Positions 45,653-55,838 of a stretch of DNA of 64,000 nt are shown piece by piece. Source of the DNA: Hormiphora californensis. Its lineage: Eukaryota > Animalia > Ctenophora. The stretch is taken from NCBI GenBank assembly GCA_020137815.1, contig CM035360.1, positions 1,798,001 to 1,862,000 of the forward strand, given 5' to 3'. The translations under genes and the position numbers were made by a program. The notes under the pieces are model-generated. The model searched no databases. It had not been told where the DNA came from and saw nothing but the letters and a program-made list of their open reading frames with translations. Position 1 is the stretch's first letter. Every line of letters starts with the position of its first letter.

Positions 45653-46008
45653 CTTTATATTAGGACTCTTGGGTGTTTGTGTCGGCAGTGAGTTATAATG
45701 TTCTTTCCTAATTTTATAACCCTGACATATGATTTAAAATATATCGTTATCAAACTGTTACTCTCGCCGGTTCCCAAATGAAACTAAAAGTCTGTTGAAA
45801 AGGTTAAAAAGACCAGAATATAAAGAAACGAACATCTCACACTAACATAAAAGAGAAACAATATATCCAACTAAAAAAACCACACTAGAATATGTACTGT
45901 TTTTGTTTACCAATATATACGGTGATTGTCTGTTTTAATTTAAGGCACAACCCTTTAAATCGAGGTCTCGTACTTGGTATTTATTTGGTTTTGATGAAAT
46001 CTACCTCT

Positions 46009-47481
46009 CTAATTGGTACCGTAATACCTGTCCCCAAAGTCTCCCACCCCAGGGACAATGTACTTGTGCTCGTTCATCATCAGGTCCATGTGTAATGTGA
46101 CAGTGTGGATGCCAGGATAACTATTCTGGATCCGTGCCAGACCCTCCTCGCAGGAGAACAGGTTCACAAACATGGTCTTGTTTGGGTCAACCCCTGAATC
46201 CGCCAAGACACCCAGTGCACAATCCAGGCTGCCACCAGTGGCTAACATTGGATCGACTACTATAACAGTGCATGAGGTTATATCTGCAGGGAGTTTCTTG
46301 TAGTACAGAACAGGTCGTTTATCAGGGGTGCTCTCGTCTCGTTGGATCAGGATTTTACCGACTTTTAGTCCGGGTCGGAGCTGTCGGAACGCCTCCAGTA
46401 GGATATCACCAGACCTGACAATGGAGACAACACACAGTTTCTCAGTGGGTGTGTCATCTACCACTCCCTGATATACACCCGTGGGACTCTCCAAGAGGGC
46501 AGGGGTTGCCCCCGGTAAACGAGCAAGAGCCTCCTCCGCAAGCAGCCTCATCAGCCGATCTCCCTGTACCATGAACTCGGTGTACCCGGTTCGGGCGTCT
46601 CGGAGGGTGGAGGAGAGGGAGTTCACTGCAGCTGAGGAGAAAACAGTGATTCGGCTTCTATCCAGAGGCCAGTGGGGAACCTCTGCCAGTCCAAGGACCC
46701 GGGCACCGTTCCAGGAGACCACCTTGGCTTGGTGGAGTTGTTCCAGGTGGGATAGTTGGGCTGTTGGGGCAGGGTACCCCAGGAGAAGGTTATCACAACC
46801 AACTTTGTTCAATAAATACTCCGTGTAGAAGGTATCTGAAAAGTTCCACACGAAAAACATGTTCCTGCCAAAGTATACCTCCGGTTCGTGCTTCTGTAGG
46901 CTGGCACTTGGGTCGGGTGAATTCAGCCTAGAAACCAGAGCAGGAACAACTGTTGCATCCATAACAATGACTTCTAAATCTGGGTAGAAATCAAGGAGTC
47001 CATCAGTTACTATGGTAACCAAGGCCTCTGTCAGCTGAACACTGTTATCTGCACATAAAACCACAGGTTTCTTTAGACCAGCACACTCCCCGAACAGCCT
47101 ATAAATTCGTTTATAATCCTCCTGTCGTTCAGCCACTGCGGCACAATGGATTGAAAATGCCTTTACCGGGCCTTCCGTGGAATACTTTTCAATTTCGCCC
47201 AACGCAGCCTCTAAATCCTCTGTACTAAGTCCGGCCACTCCATGAACCCTTCTCTCGAGATCGGAGCATGCTGATGTTAACACCTCGTTCCAGGTTGTGA
47301 GATCTTTGCCGGATGGAAAGAATCCTACCACCGGTTCAGCCGTGTCTTCACAGCTTGATAAAATGCTCGAGATAGCAGTCGGTACATCAGCATTGTGAAC
47401 TGGCGGCGGTGGAAGTCCTGTGAAACGAATGGCATTCTTAAAAACACCGGGCACAATATTCCGTATCCCAAGTAAAGACAT
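46009..47481 (-). CDS. UPRT: Uracil phosphoribosyltransferase with an N-terminal degenerate amidohydrolase-like domain, copy 2
   Basis: VDPMLATGGS and YIVPGVGDFGDRYYG; inverted paralogue of 44192-45652. Confidence 0.88.
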   Translation of the reverse strand: MSLLGIRNIVPGVFKNAIRFTGLPPPPVHNADVPTAISSILSSCEDTAEPVVGFFPSGKDLTTWNEVLTSACSDLERRVHGVAGLSTEDLEAALGEIEKYSTEGPVKAFSIHCAAVAERQEDYKRIYRLFGECAGLKKPVVLCADNSVQLTEALVTIVTDGLLDFYPDLEVIVMDATVVPALVSRLNSPDPSASLQKHEPEVYFGRNMFFVWNFSDTFYTEYLLNKVGCDNLLLGYPAPTAQLSHLEQLHQAKVVSWNGARVLGLAEVPHWPLDRSRITVFSSAAVNSLSSTLRDARTGYTEFMVQGDRLMRLLAEEALARLPGATPALLESPTGVYQGVVDDTPTEKLCVVSIVRSGDILLEAFRQLRPGLKVGKILIQRDESTPDKRPVLYYKKLPADITSCTVIVVDPMLATGGSLDCALGVLADSGVDPNKTMFVNLFSCEEGLARIQNSYPGIHTVTLHMDLMMNEHKYIVPGVGDFGDRYYGTN

Positions 47482-47984
47482 CCCTGGTGTGAAACCTAAA
47501 TTCAGTAATCAGTAATTTTAAATATCATCATTTTGATTTGAAAATAGAGATTTGAAAAATGTAAATGGCGAACAGCAGCACTCGGTAGCTAATTGAGCTC
47601 GAAAAAGTTCACAGTTTAGTTGTCTTCTCTATTATTGGAATTGGCAACGTGAAGCATAACGCATATTTGGCAGATGAAGCCCATAAATTGGTCCAGCTCG
47701 AATCATAGGCTATTTTCTGCAGAGCACACTGCTGGCCAGCGTCAAAATCTGGGTGAGTGCTGACACTTTAGGGTTAGGGCTAAATTAGGGTTAGGGTTGG
47801 GGTTTGGGTTGGGGTTAGGCCTTGACATTCCCTACCAGATAAACTTTGGATTAGCCAACGGTTGAGTGATTTGGCGGTTAGAGCCATTTTAGTGAATCAA
47901 CTTTTTTGGAAGAACGATCCACGGGCGTCGTTACGATCTGGATGCTAAACCACTCAACCGTTTTGGTTAATTCAAAGTTTATCT

Positions 47985-48258
47985 GATCAGAATACCTGAG
48001 GATAGGGTGCCCAATAAACTCTATCACTGGGTGCCTAGTCATGGGAAACGTTCCAGAGGAAGACCGCGTAAAACCTGGTCCTCATGTGTGCTGAATGATT
48101 ATCGAGACGCTACGGGTCAATCCCAGTCTCTCCGTGCAATTACTAACACTGCAGAGAACACAAATGAGTGGAGACAGCTCACGTCATTACGAGCGAGGAT
48201 ACTTGGAGCCGGCCACTCGAATGATTGAGGAGACCGTACCAAGTATCAAGTAAGTAAG
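47985..48258 (+). mobile_element. 3' fragment of an RTE-clade LINE
   Basis: RIPEDRVPNKLYHW..GKRSRGRPRKTW...WR C-terminus, (caagta)n tail, flanked by aagtt(t)atctg. Confidence 0.8.
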
Positions 48259-48680
48259 TTATCTGGTAGGAAATGTCAAGGCCTAACGCAACCCAAACCC
48301 CAGCCCTAACCCCATTTTGTTTATTTTAACGCTGGCCACGAAAGTCGAAACACCCAGATAATAAACTACACAACCCACTAGGGACCTCAGAAACACCCAG
48401 GTCCCAGATCGTAAACGGCGCCCGCCTGCGCCCCAGTGTCAAAGTTCGGGTATCCGGGGATCCTGGCTGCTAGTCAATTTTAGCGCCAAAATATCTAGTC
48501 AATTTTCTAAAATGGGAAAATTATAGTGAGAAATTGAGAAAATGGTATATTTACTGTTGTAGCACATTTAAAAAAACAAGGTAAATAGGGATGACAAACT
48601 TCAAATCACCATAGATATGTATTTTCTCTAATTTACAGAACATTGTTTTGCTCTGATTTTCACCTCCATTCTTACATTTT

Positions 48681-48751
48681 CCATCAGTGGTGTAGTGGTT
48701 ACACCATGGACTCTCACCCCGATGATCAGGGTTCGAATCCGGATGGGGTGA
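48681..48751 (+). pseudogene. tRNA-like sequence (Glu-CTC-like, degenerate)
   Basis: tggtgtagtggtt A box, ctCTCac loop, gggttcgaatcc B box. Confidence 0.55.
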
Positions 48752-49045
48752 TTTGGCTTACTTTTTACTTTCATGATTTTTTCTCTCTTTATTCATACCA
48801 GTGTGTTGTAACATGCCACTGATAGTGATAACATCACAATATCATAGAAGAACGCTTGTCAGTACATATGTGTGAGATCTCGCTCATCGATGTCAGGATC
48901 TCTAGTCGGTAGAGAGGGAGCCTAGGAGGTATCCTGTGATAGTCACGGATCCCGCAGCGCACGATAAACTAATTGCTGAAAAGTCATGCTTTGTAGACTA
49001 GAGATCCAAACATTATATACAGCGCTGAATAGTGAAAAGAGCACA

Positions 49046-49117
49046 AGGTTGGTGGTCTAGTGGTATGATTCTCGCCTGTCAAGCGGGAGACCTGGGATCG
49101 ATCCTCGGGTTTGACAA
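49046..49117 (+). pseudogene. tRNA-like sequence (Asp-GTC loop on a Pro-like D arm, degenerate)
   Basis: tggtctagtggtatgattctcgcctGTCaagcgggagacctgggatcgatcc. Confidence 0.55.
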
Positions 49118-49956
49118 AAATCCAAAGCGTTTTTTTAATTTTTTTTAAATGTTTTGTTTTTTATATAATAATCTAGTTTTAAATTAATCAATGCGTTGAA
49201 ACTTAATTATTAAAATAGAAAAATTTGTTTCCATCCTAGTCAAATTTTTGAAAAAAATTCAGGATCCTAGTCGGATTGAGATACTTTGACACTGGGGCCT
49301 GCGCGCTACCAAAAAAAGGGGCGCCGTTACGATCTGGGTGTTTGGAGGCCTGTTTACAGGTGCGCGCTGCCAAAAAAGTTGATTCACTAAAATGGCTCTA
49401 ACCGCCAAACCACTCAACCGTTTTGGCTGATTCAAAGTTTATCTGGTAGGGAATACAAATACAAATACAAATATACATTTATTGTCCGCTTTTCATTGTC
49501 CATATTTTAAAGAACAACACGAGTTCTGTTAGGTCTTGACTACTAGCATCACTTGGTGCGGACTTCATCTCACTAACTCTCGTTTCAAAAGCGGTTAGTT
49601 TTATACCAAGGATTTCCAGATATTTTTCAAGAAGATATTTTCTGAAGGTAAGTTTTGTTAGTTAAACCATATTTAAATCGGATGATGAAATATACTGTCT
49701 CTGCTTACTGCAGATTAATAGAATATGCTCTTGGATCTAGAGATCCAGAAATGAATATTTTAGCTCCAGGGCTTTAGCCCTTAAACAATCGATACTGTCT
49801 TATACAACCTGGGTGAGGATCCTTCTGCTTCACCTGTAGGAGAACCAAGGAGCGGGAGAGAATTAAACTCACTTGTGTCCATACGATACACGGCATGCCT
49901 CACGGTAGCTCACGCCTCACATCGCTAGATCTCAACTTACTGGCTTTACTTCTATT

Positions 49957-50250
49957 AGTAAAGCCCAACACACTTCACTGCACCACACCATACCGACTGT
50001 ACTTCTGTAAGTAAAGTCCAACACACTCCACTGCACTACACCATACTGGCTGTACTTCTGTAAGTAGAGCCCAACATACTCCACTGCACCACACCATACC
50101 GACTGTACTTCTATAAGTAAAGCCCAACACACTCCACTGCACCATACCATACCGACTGTACTTCTATAAGTAAAGCCCAACACACTCCACTGCACCACAC
50201 CATACCGACTGTACTTCTGTAAGTAAAGCCCAACACACACTTCTACACCA
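49957..50250. repeat. Roughly 52-bp minisatellite, about 5.5 copies
   Basis: aagtaaagcccaacacactccactgcaccacaccataccgactgtacttct unit. Confidence 0.9.
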
Positions 50251-50341
50251 CACCTCACTGTAACCATTTCACACCCACTTCCCCAATTTTGGTGTCCATT
50301 TATAAATTTATATTTCCCCCTTTTTTCCCCTTTTTTTTTAA

Positions 50342-50375
<34 letters not shown>

Positions 50376-50449
50376 CTTTGGATCTTTTCTGCTTTACTTT
50401 TTTTTTTTTTTTTTTTTTTTTCTTTTTTTTTTTCTTCTTTTTTTTACTT

Positions 50450-52666
50450 TCAAAAAATGGAATAAATATTAAATATCAATTAGTAAGAAAGACCAGTTTA
50501 GAAAGCGTGAGTAAAATGAGTACTGGTCGTTCTAACTTCACGGTATCACACTCTATGTCAGGATCCTCAACTCTCTCAACTCTCTATCACATTTCTCGTA
50601 ATATAAATTGTCTTCACACATTGTTTTTAACACTCGTATGCCTTCCGGAAGAAGTGGGTTTTCAAGTTTGATTTGAATGATGTGATGGATGAGTTTTCCC
50701 GAAGAGAAGAAGGTAAGGTATTCCATATTACCGGAGCAGCGACACTAAACGCACCTTTACTCGAACAATATCTGGTATAGTTCTTGTCAAGTAAGGTTTT
50801 GTCAGCATCACTTCGTAGACTTTTTGTTTTCGGTTTTCGGAGTTGAATCAGCCTTGAGAGGTAAGGTGGAGCTATACCATTTAGTGATTTGTATGTGAGT
50901 AGACACAGCTTGTATTGCACTCTTTCTCGAACTGGTAGGAAATGAAGCTGCTTGCGAAGGTTTGTGGTGCCTTGGTAGAAGCGTTGTCCAAAGACGAAGC
51001 GGGCCGCAGAGTTTTGAATCTTCTGTAGACGATCTATGTCTTTAGCAGAAGAACCAGCAAGGAGGCTGTTACAGTAATCCAGTCTGCTGTGGATTAAACT
51101 GTTTACAAGTTTGATTTTCAGGTTTACTCCCAACATTCTGTGGATTTTCCAGAGATTCATAAGGGCGAGTTGGCATGTCCTTACCGTCCTGGATACGTGA
51201 CCAGAGAGGGAGAGCTCTGAGTCCAAAAATACACCAAGGTTTCGTACAAGTGTGAGTGGCTTTGTGGGCTCCTGGTTGCTCATCGTTTGAAGAGTTGCAG
51301 GATTCGTTGTTTTATCATGTTTGTTGTTTAACACGATGATTTCAGTTTTGCTGGGGTTGAGTCTTAGGAAGTTCTCGGACATCCATGCTTTGATGTGGTT
51401 CAAGCAACCCTGCAATTTCGTCTCGAGGTCCAGGAGAGAATCATTGCTGAACGAAACATACAGTTGAGTATCGTCAGCATATAGTTCCACCATCAGTCCA
51501 TAGTGCCTAGCAATACTTTCCAACTCCTTTGTATACAAAATGAACAACAGTGGTCCAAGTATAGAGCCCTGTGGCACTCCGATGTTAATGGCCAAGGGCG
51601 AAGATGTGGATGTCTCAATTTTCACAGAGGCTTTCCTATCTTTGAGGTAGGAGGCAAACCATTCAAGGGCAGTACCTTCAACACCATAATTCCTCTTCAG
51701 TTTCCCGAGGAGTATTTCATGGTTGATGGTGTCGAAGGCAGCACTGAGGTCTAGTAATACAAGTACTGCCTTCGACTTGGTGTCTGTTATAAGGAGGAGA
51801 TCATTAACCACTTTCACAAGTGTTGTCTCCGTGCTGTGGTTTTTCCGGTAAGCAGATTGTACTCCAGGAAATAGCTCGTTTGTCTCGAGATGCTCGGTAA
51901 GCTGTAAAGAGGCACATTTTTCAATGATTTTGGATATAAACGCCAAGTTGGACACCGGCCTGTAGTTGTTGAGTTCTTCAGGGCTTCCTTTTTTCTTGAA
52001 CGAGGGCCTAATGAGTGATTGCTTGAGCTGTTCAGGGACCAGACCTTCCTGTAAGCTTCTGTTTACAATATCAGAGATGAGAGGAAGTAGTTTTGGAAGA
52101 ACAGTTACAAGTTTCCCGGTGGGGATTGGGTCGAGATCACAGTGCTTTCTCTCCATAGAAAGAATGATAGAACTGAGTTCCTCATCCGAGACTTTTCGAA
52201 AAGCTGAAAATGGGGTGGCAGTGAAGCCAGTTGTTTTTGGAAGTTCTGGTAGGGTTTCAGATTGTTCGTTTTCGACTTTGATTGCTTCGTAGATATCCTC
52301 GATTTTCGATTTGAAAAAGGACCCAAAGCTGTCTGCTGTTTCTCCACTCGGTAGCTCTAGTGGGATTTTATCTTTGCCCAGCAGCTTGTTTATCACTCCA
52401 CTGACCACGGCTGGATCATCTGCAACGGTTTCAAGCTTTCCACGATAGAAATTTACTCTGGTTTTCATTAGGAATCGAGATGTTTCCTTCATAGATTTAT
52501 TTAGAGCTGTTCTCGCTTGTTTGTGTTCTTCCTTTTTGGTGGAGTCTTTCAAGGTTGTTTTTAGAGCTCTTTCGAATGTCCTGCGGGAGGTTTTAGCATC
52601 CTGACACTCTTTGTCCAGCCATGGCGGGTCGTCTGTCTCTTTAACGACCTTTTCTTCAAGCGGAGA
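50450..52666 (-). mobile_element. 5'-truncated L2-clade LINE with an intact RT domain
   Basis: ORF 50627-52552 (open upstream to PWLDKEC) with NYRPVSNL, QSAYRKNHSTET, LDLSAAFDT, GVPQGSILGP, YADD and SRLDYCNSLL; no endonuclease domain. Confidence 0.93.
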
Positions 52667-53518
52667 ATGTCAAGGCCTAACCCCAACCCAAACCCCAACC
52701 CTAACCCTAACCCTACTTTAGCCCTAACCCTAAAAAACCGTTTGTCAGCACTCCCAAAACACCCAGATTTTTGGCATACGTTGCAGGCCCCTTATAATAT
52801 TGCGGGGGTGCGCGCATGAGGGGGCTGCAGCGCATTCCAACCCAGATTTTAACGCTGGCCCAAAAAAAGTGAAAGGCGCACTTCAGCTTCACTGAAAGTT
52901 TTGTGCGCGGCGCGTTTTGTGCAGTACCGTTTTGTCTGGTACTTTTTCGCGCGTTACATTTAAACAAACGCAAACCGCGACGTAAAAAATAAAGAATTTT
53001 AAAAATAATAAGTAAAGAATTTTAACTCGAAAAAAAACTTGATCCTATTTTGAAAAGCGCTGCCTTATCCCGCGCTGCGGGGGCCAGCAACGTTTGCCAA
53101 GATCCTATTTTTTTCGGCCAGCGCCCAGCGTTAAAATCTGGGTGTCTGGAGTGTCAGCACTCACAGTTTTTTAGAGTTAGGGCTAAAGTAAGGTTAGGGT
53201 TAGGGCTGGGGCTGGGGTTAGGGCTTGACATTTCCTATCAGATAAACTTTGGATTAGCCAAAACGGTTGAGTTAGCCGTTAGACACTGTGTCTACAGCAG
53301 AGATGTCAGGCGGCAGGCCCATCGGCAGGAACTTCAGACAGCAGGGGATAATACTGGATCACAACAAGTCGAGTTGTTCCAGTTCAAAGCAAAGGTAGAA
53401 ATAGAAAATAGAAAACAGAAATTGAAGCCGAAATATGCGACTGTGGCCTTCTTTGTCCAAGTAAGAAGAGACCCAAAAATATATAGATCATACATATGAC
53501 CACCGAGCAAGCATCGTA

Positions 53519-53779
53519 AAGTGCGATTTTTAATAATGCGAACCGGGGGCGCGCATTAATAATAACATAATTCCATTTGCGCGTGCTAAATCCGGTTCCT
53601 GATAAGATAAACTTTTTTCATTGGTCGCATTAGAAAGATACAGTTTTTTTCTTTTCAACGCAACCAGGATCAAGTCTTTATCTTATCAGGAGCCAGAGAT
53701 ATGATCAAAACAACCGACAAAAAACTTTCCCACGGTGCGTGGGAATTTTTTGCGGTTCGCTTTATTAAAAATCGGACTT
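53519..53779. mobile_element. MITE with TA TSD, present only in duplication unit 1
   Basis: aagtgcgatttttaataa...ttattaaaaatcggactt; empty site gcatcgTAcacac at 60572. Confidence 0.85.
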
Positions 53780-53888
53780 TACACACATCGCGAAACCCAG
53801 AGATTTGCAAGCATGCACGTAACCGGCCCCCGATGGGGCGGTCATGTGTACGGTCAAGACCCACTAACACACGCCCTCAAACAGAAGT

Positions 53889-55230
53889 TCATGGTTGTGT
53901 ATTGCACGCTTGATCTGATGCCCATGAATCTCTAAGAAGTTTACAGTTCTTGAGGAATCGGTTAAGATAGCTGCAGTGGTGTTCGGAAAATACTGTGAAA
54001 AAGTCCTTTTCTGCGATGGCGAATCTTAGTGACTCAGGGAGTGTATCTCGGATATGGGAGTATGCTGGACATGTGGTGATGACGTGTTCCTCGTTCTCAC
54101 GTTTTGATTCAGGGAACGGGAGGTTGTCAAGAAGCCGTCGGTTCGAGTCATCACAGCAAAATCTACAGTGTTTAGGCTGGTTAGATTGTGAGACGTGAGT
54201 ATCTCGAGGTCTCGATTCTGAGATCGTGGGCACTGACTCTGATTTTGCTAACCTCCTTTCTGTCGGCTCTTTTTATGTTCAAATAATCCTCGAGGCCGTA
54301 ACTTGATTGAACCGAGTTGTAGAAGTGCATTTTAGACTGGTTCTGGCGAAGTGATTCCCAGTGGGTAACCATCTGATGTTCCATGGTTTGCCTTGCAGGG
54401 CCGTTATCACTATGAAGTTTATTCCAGAAGGTGCAGTACCAGTCCAGTTCCAGAGTTTTCTGCTCCTTTGCTGCTAGACCTAGAAGTGAGTCTTCATCGA
54501 CACACTTGGACATGACCCTGGCAAAGTAATGGAGGCATTGGTTCAGTACGGTGATCGAAATTCAGAAATTGGTGCTCTACCAGTCTCCCCGTAACAAGCG
54601 GTGTTGGTGCTCTTTTTGTGGACCCCAAGTGCCCATTTGATGAATTTGAGTTGAACTTTTTCGAAGGGGTCCGCGGTTATCCGCTTCATGTACGTTTGAC
54701 AGTTAGTAGGCGTAGAGTGGAGCAACTTTGCAGATTCGGAATACGGGAGCCAGATTGGGCTGCTGTATGTGATGATGGGGGTTATTAGAGCGTCAAAAAG
54801 CTTGAACGCTGCCCAAGCCGAGAGGGCGTCTCCATTCACTGTTTTCCTCAGAAGAAAGACTGCTTTACTCCCTTTGGTGGAGAGGTTAGTAATTGCTGCC
54901 TTCATACTTCGCTGGCAGAGAATACAATTCCCAGATAAGTGTACTCTTTTACCGAATCAAGTGTTTACCGAGAAGCTGGAATCCATGGCTGTCCTTCAGA
55001 ACTCTGCCGTAAGGATTGAAGACTAGGATTTTGGTCTTTTCTATGTTTATCTCTAACTCCCAGGTGGAAGAGTAATTTCCCAAGATAGAGAGGAGGCTAT
55101 CCATTGAACTTTTATCGAGTGATAGCAGCACTATGTCGTCAGCCCATGAGGTGGTTGACGTCGACGCCCCCTAGTACTGGAAATAGTCCTTTCACGTTGT
55201 TTATATATTAGGAGTTTGGGTATCCAAATC
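53889..55230 (-). mobile_element. RTE-X-like LINE fragment, frameshifted copy
   Basis: Fragmented ORFs 53889-54233, 54181-54513, 54543-54905 and 54949-55131 match ORF 60682-61968. Confidence 0.85.
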
Positions 55231-55838
55231 AATTAGCGGGTTTGGTTTGGTTAGGGTTGCTTATCTGGGACAGTAAACAGTCACACAGCCAAGTCTCGCC
55301 GACCAGCCAAGAAAGCATAGTGCCGAATCGATGCGGATCATCCTTTTGCTACCAGATTGTCTTCTGTCTAATGGTCCCAGCCACATCATATACAGTTGCA
55401 TGGCAGGTAGTATGTGAGATCTGACCCTTAGTGTAATGATCTGATCCTGGGTGGGTTGATCTGTGATCCAATCTAATGACGGATATTTTTGGCCCAATCA
55501 ACATTTTACGCATCATGATATAGTAAACATGTTAACTTTATTTTTAAGTTGAGAAGAGGGGTCAGCCGTACCACTAGAACACTGAAAATTTAGAATTTAC
55601 TCTTCCACACTTTTCTGCCACTTTTATGTTCTTCACTTCTTCATCCCTTGATCTTTTGGTCCTCTGAATGACGTTACTAACACCTCGTCGCTCAAGCACC
55701 TTTGAACTACTAGTCTGCTAAGGTGTTGAATTCAAGTCTTGAATCTTGAATCTTGAATCTAGCTAACCTCTCGTGACACTTTCTCAAGCCAATGTTCTAC
55801 CACAAACTTCGCTTTGTCTTTGTAGCAGCTAAAATGAG

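Larger units (their letters stand above)
48432..49296. mobile_element. Non-autonomous DNA element with an 8-bp TSD, carrying two tRNA-like sequences
   Basis: cccagtgtcaaagt...actttgacactggg, with gcctgcgc at 48424 and 49297. Confidence 0.85.
47733..52860. mobile_element. TIR element with TTAGGG-like subterminal repeats, hosting nested insertions
   Basis: Left arm 47733-47910 is the inverted copy of 49370-49455 plus 52667-52860. Confidence 0.65.

Noticed and set aside
44827-46828. Conserved antisense 115-aa ORFs in both UPRT genes
   Set aside because: Shadow ORFs inside the near-identical tract
39908-49117. Functional tRNA genes
   Set aside because: Acceptor and T stems do not pair properly, and two of the three lie inside a transposon
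49932-50267. 111-aa repetitive ORF
   Set aside because: Translation of the 52-bp minisatellite
50330-50445. Poly-T tract and poly-Phe ORF
   Set aside because: Low-complexity LINE tail or poorly resolved sequence
53050-53499. 149-aa ORF also echoed at 60194
   Set aside because: Reads through TIR-element sequence and LINE 3' UTR within the duplication
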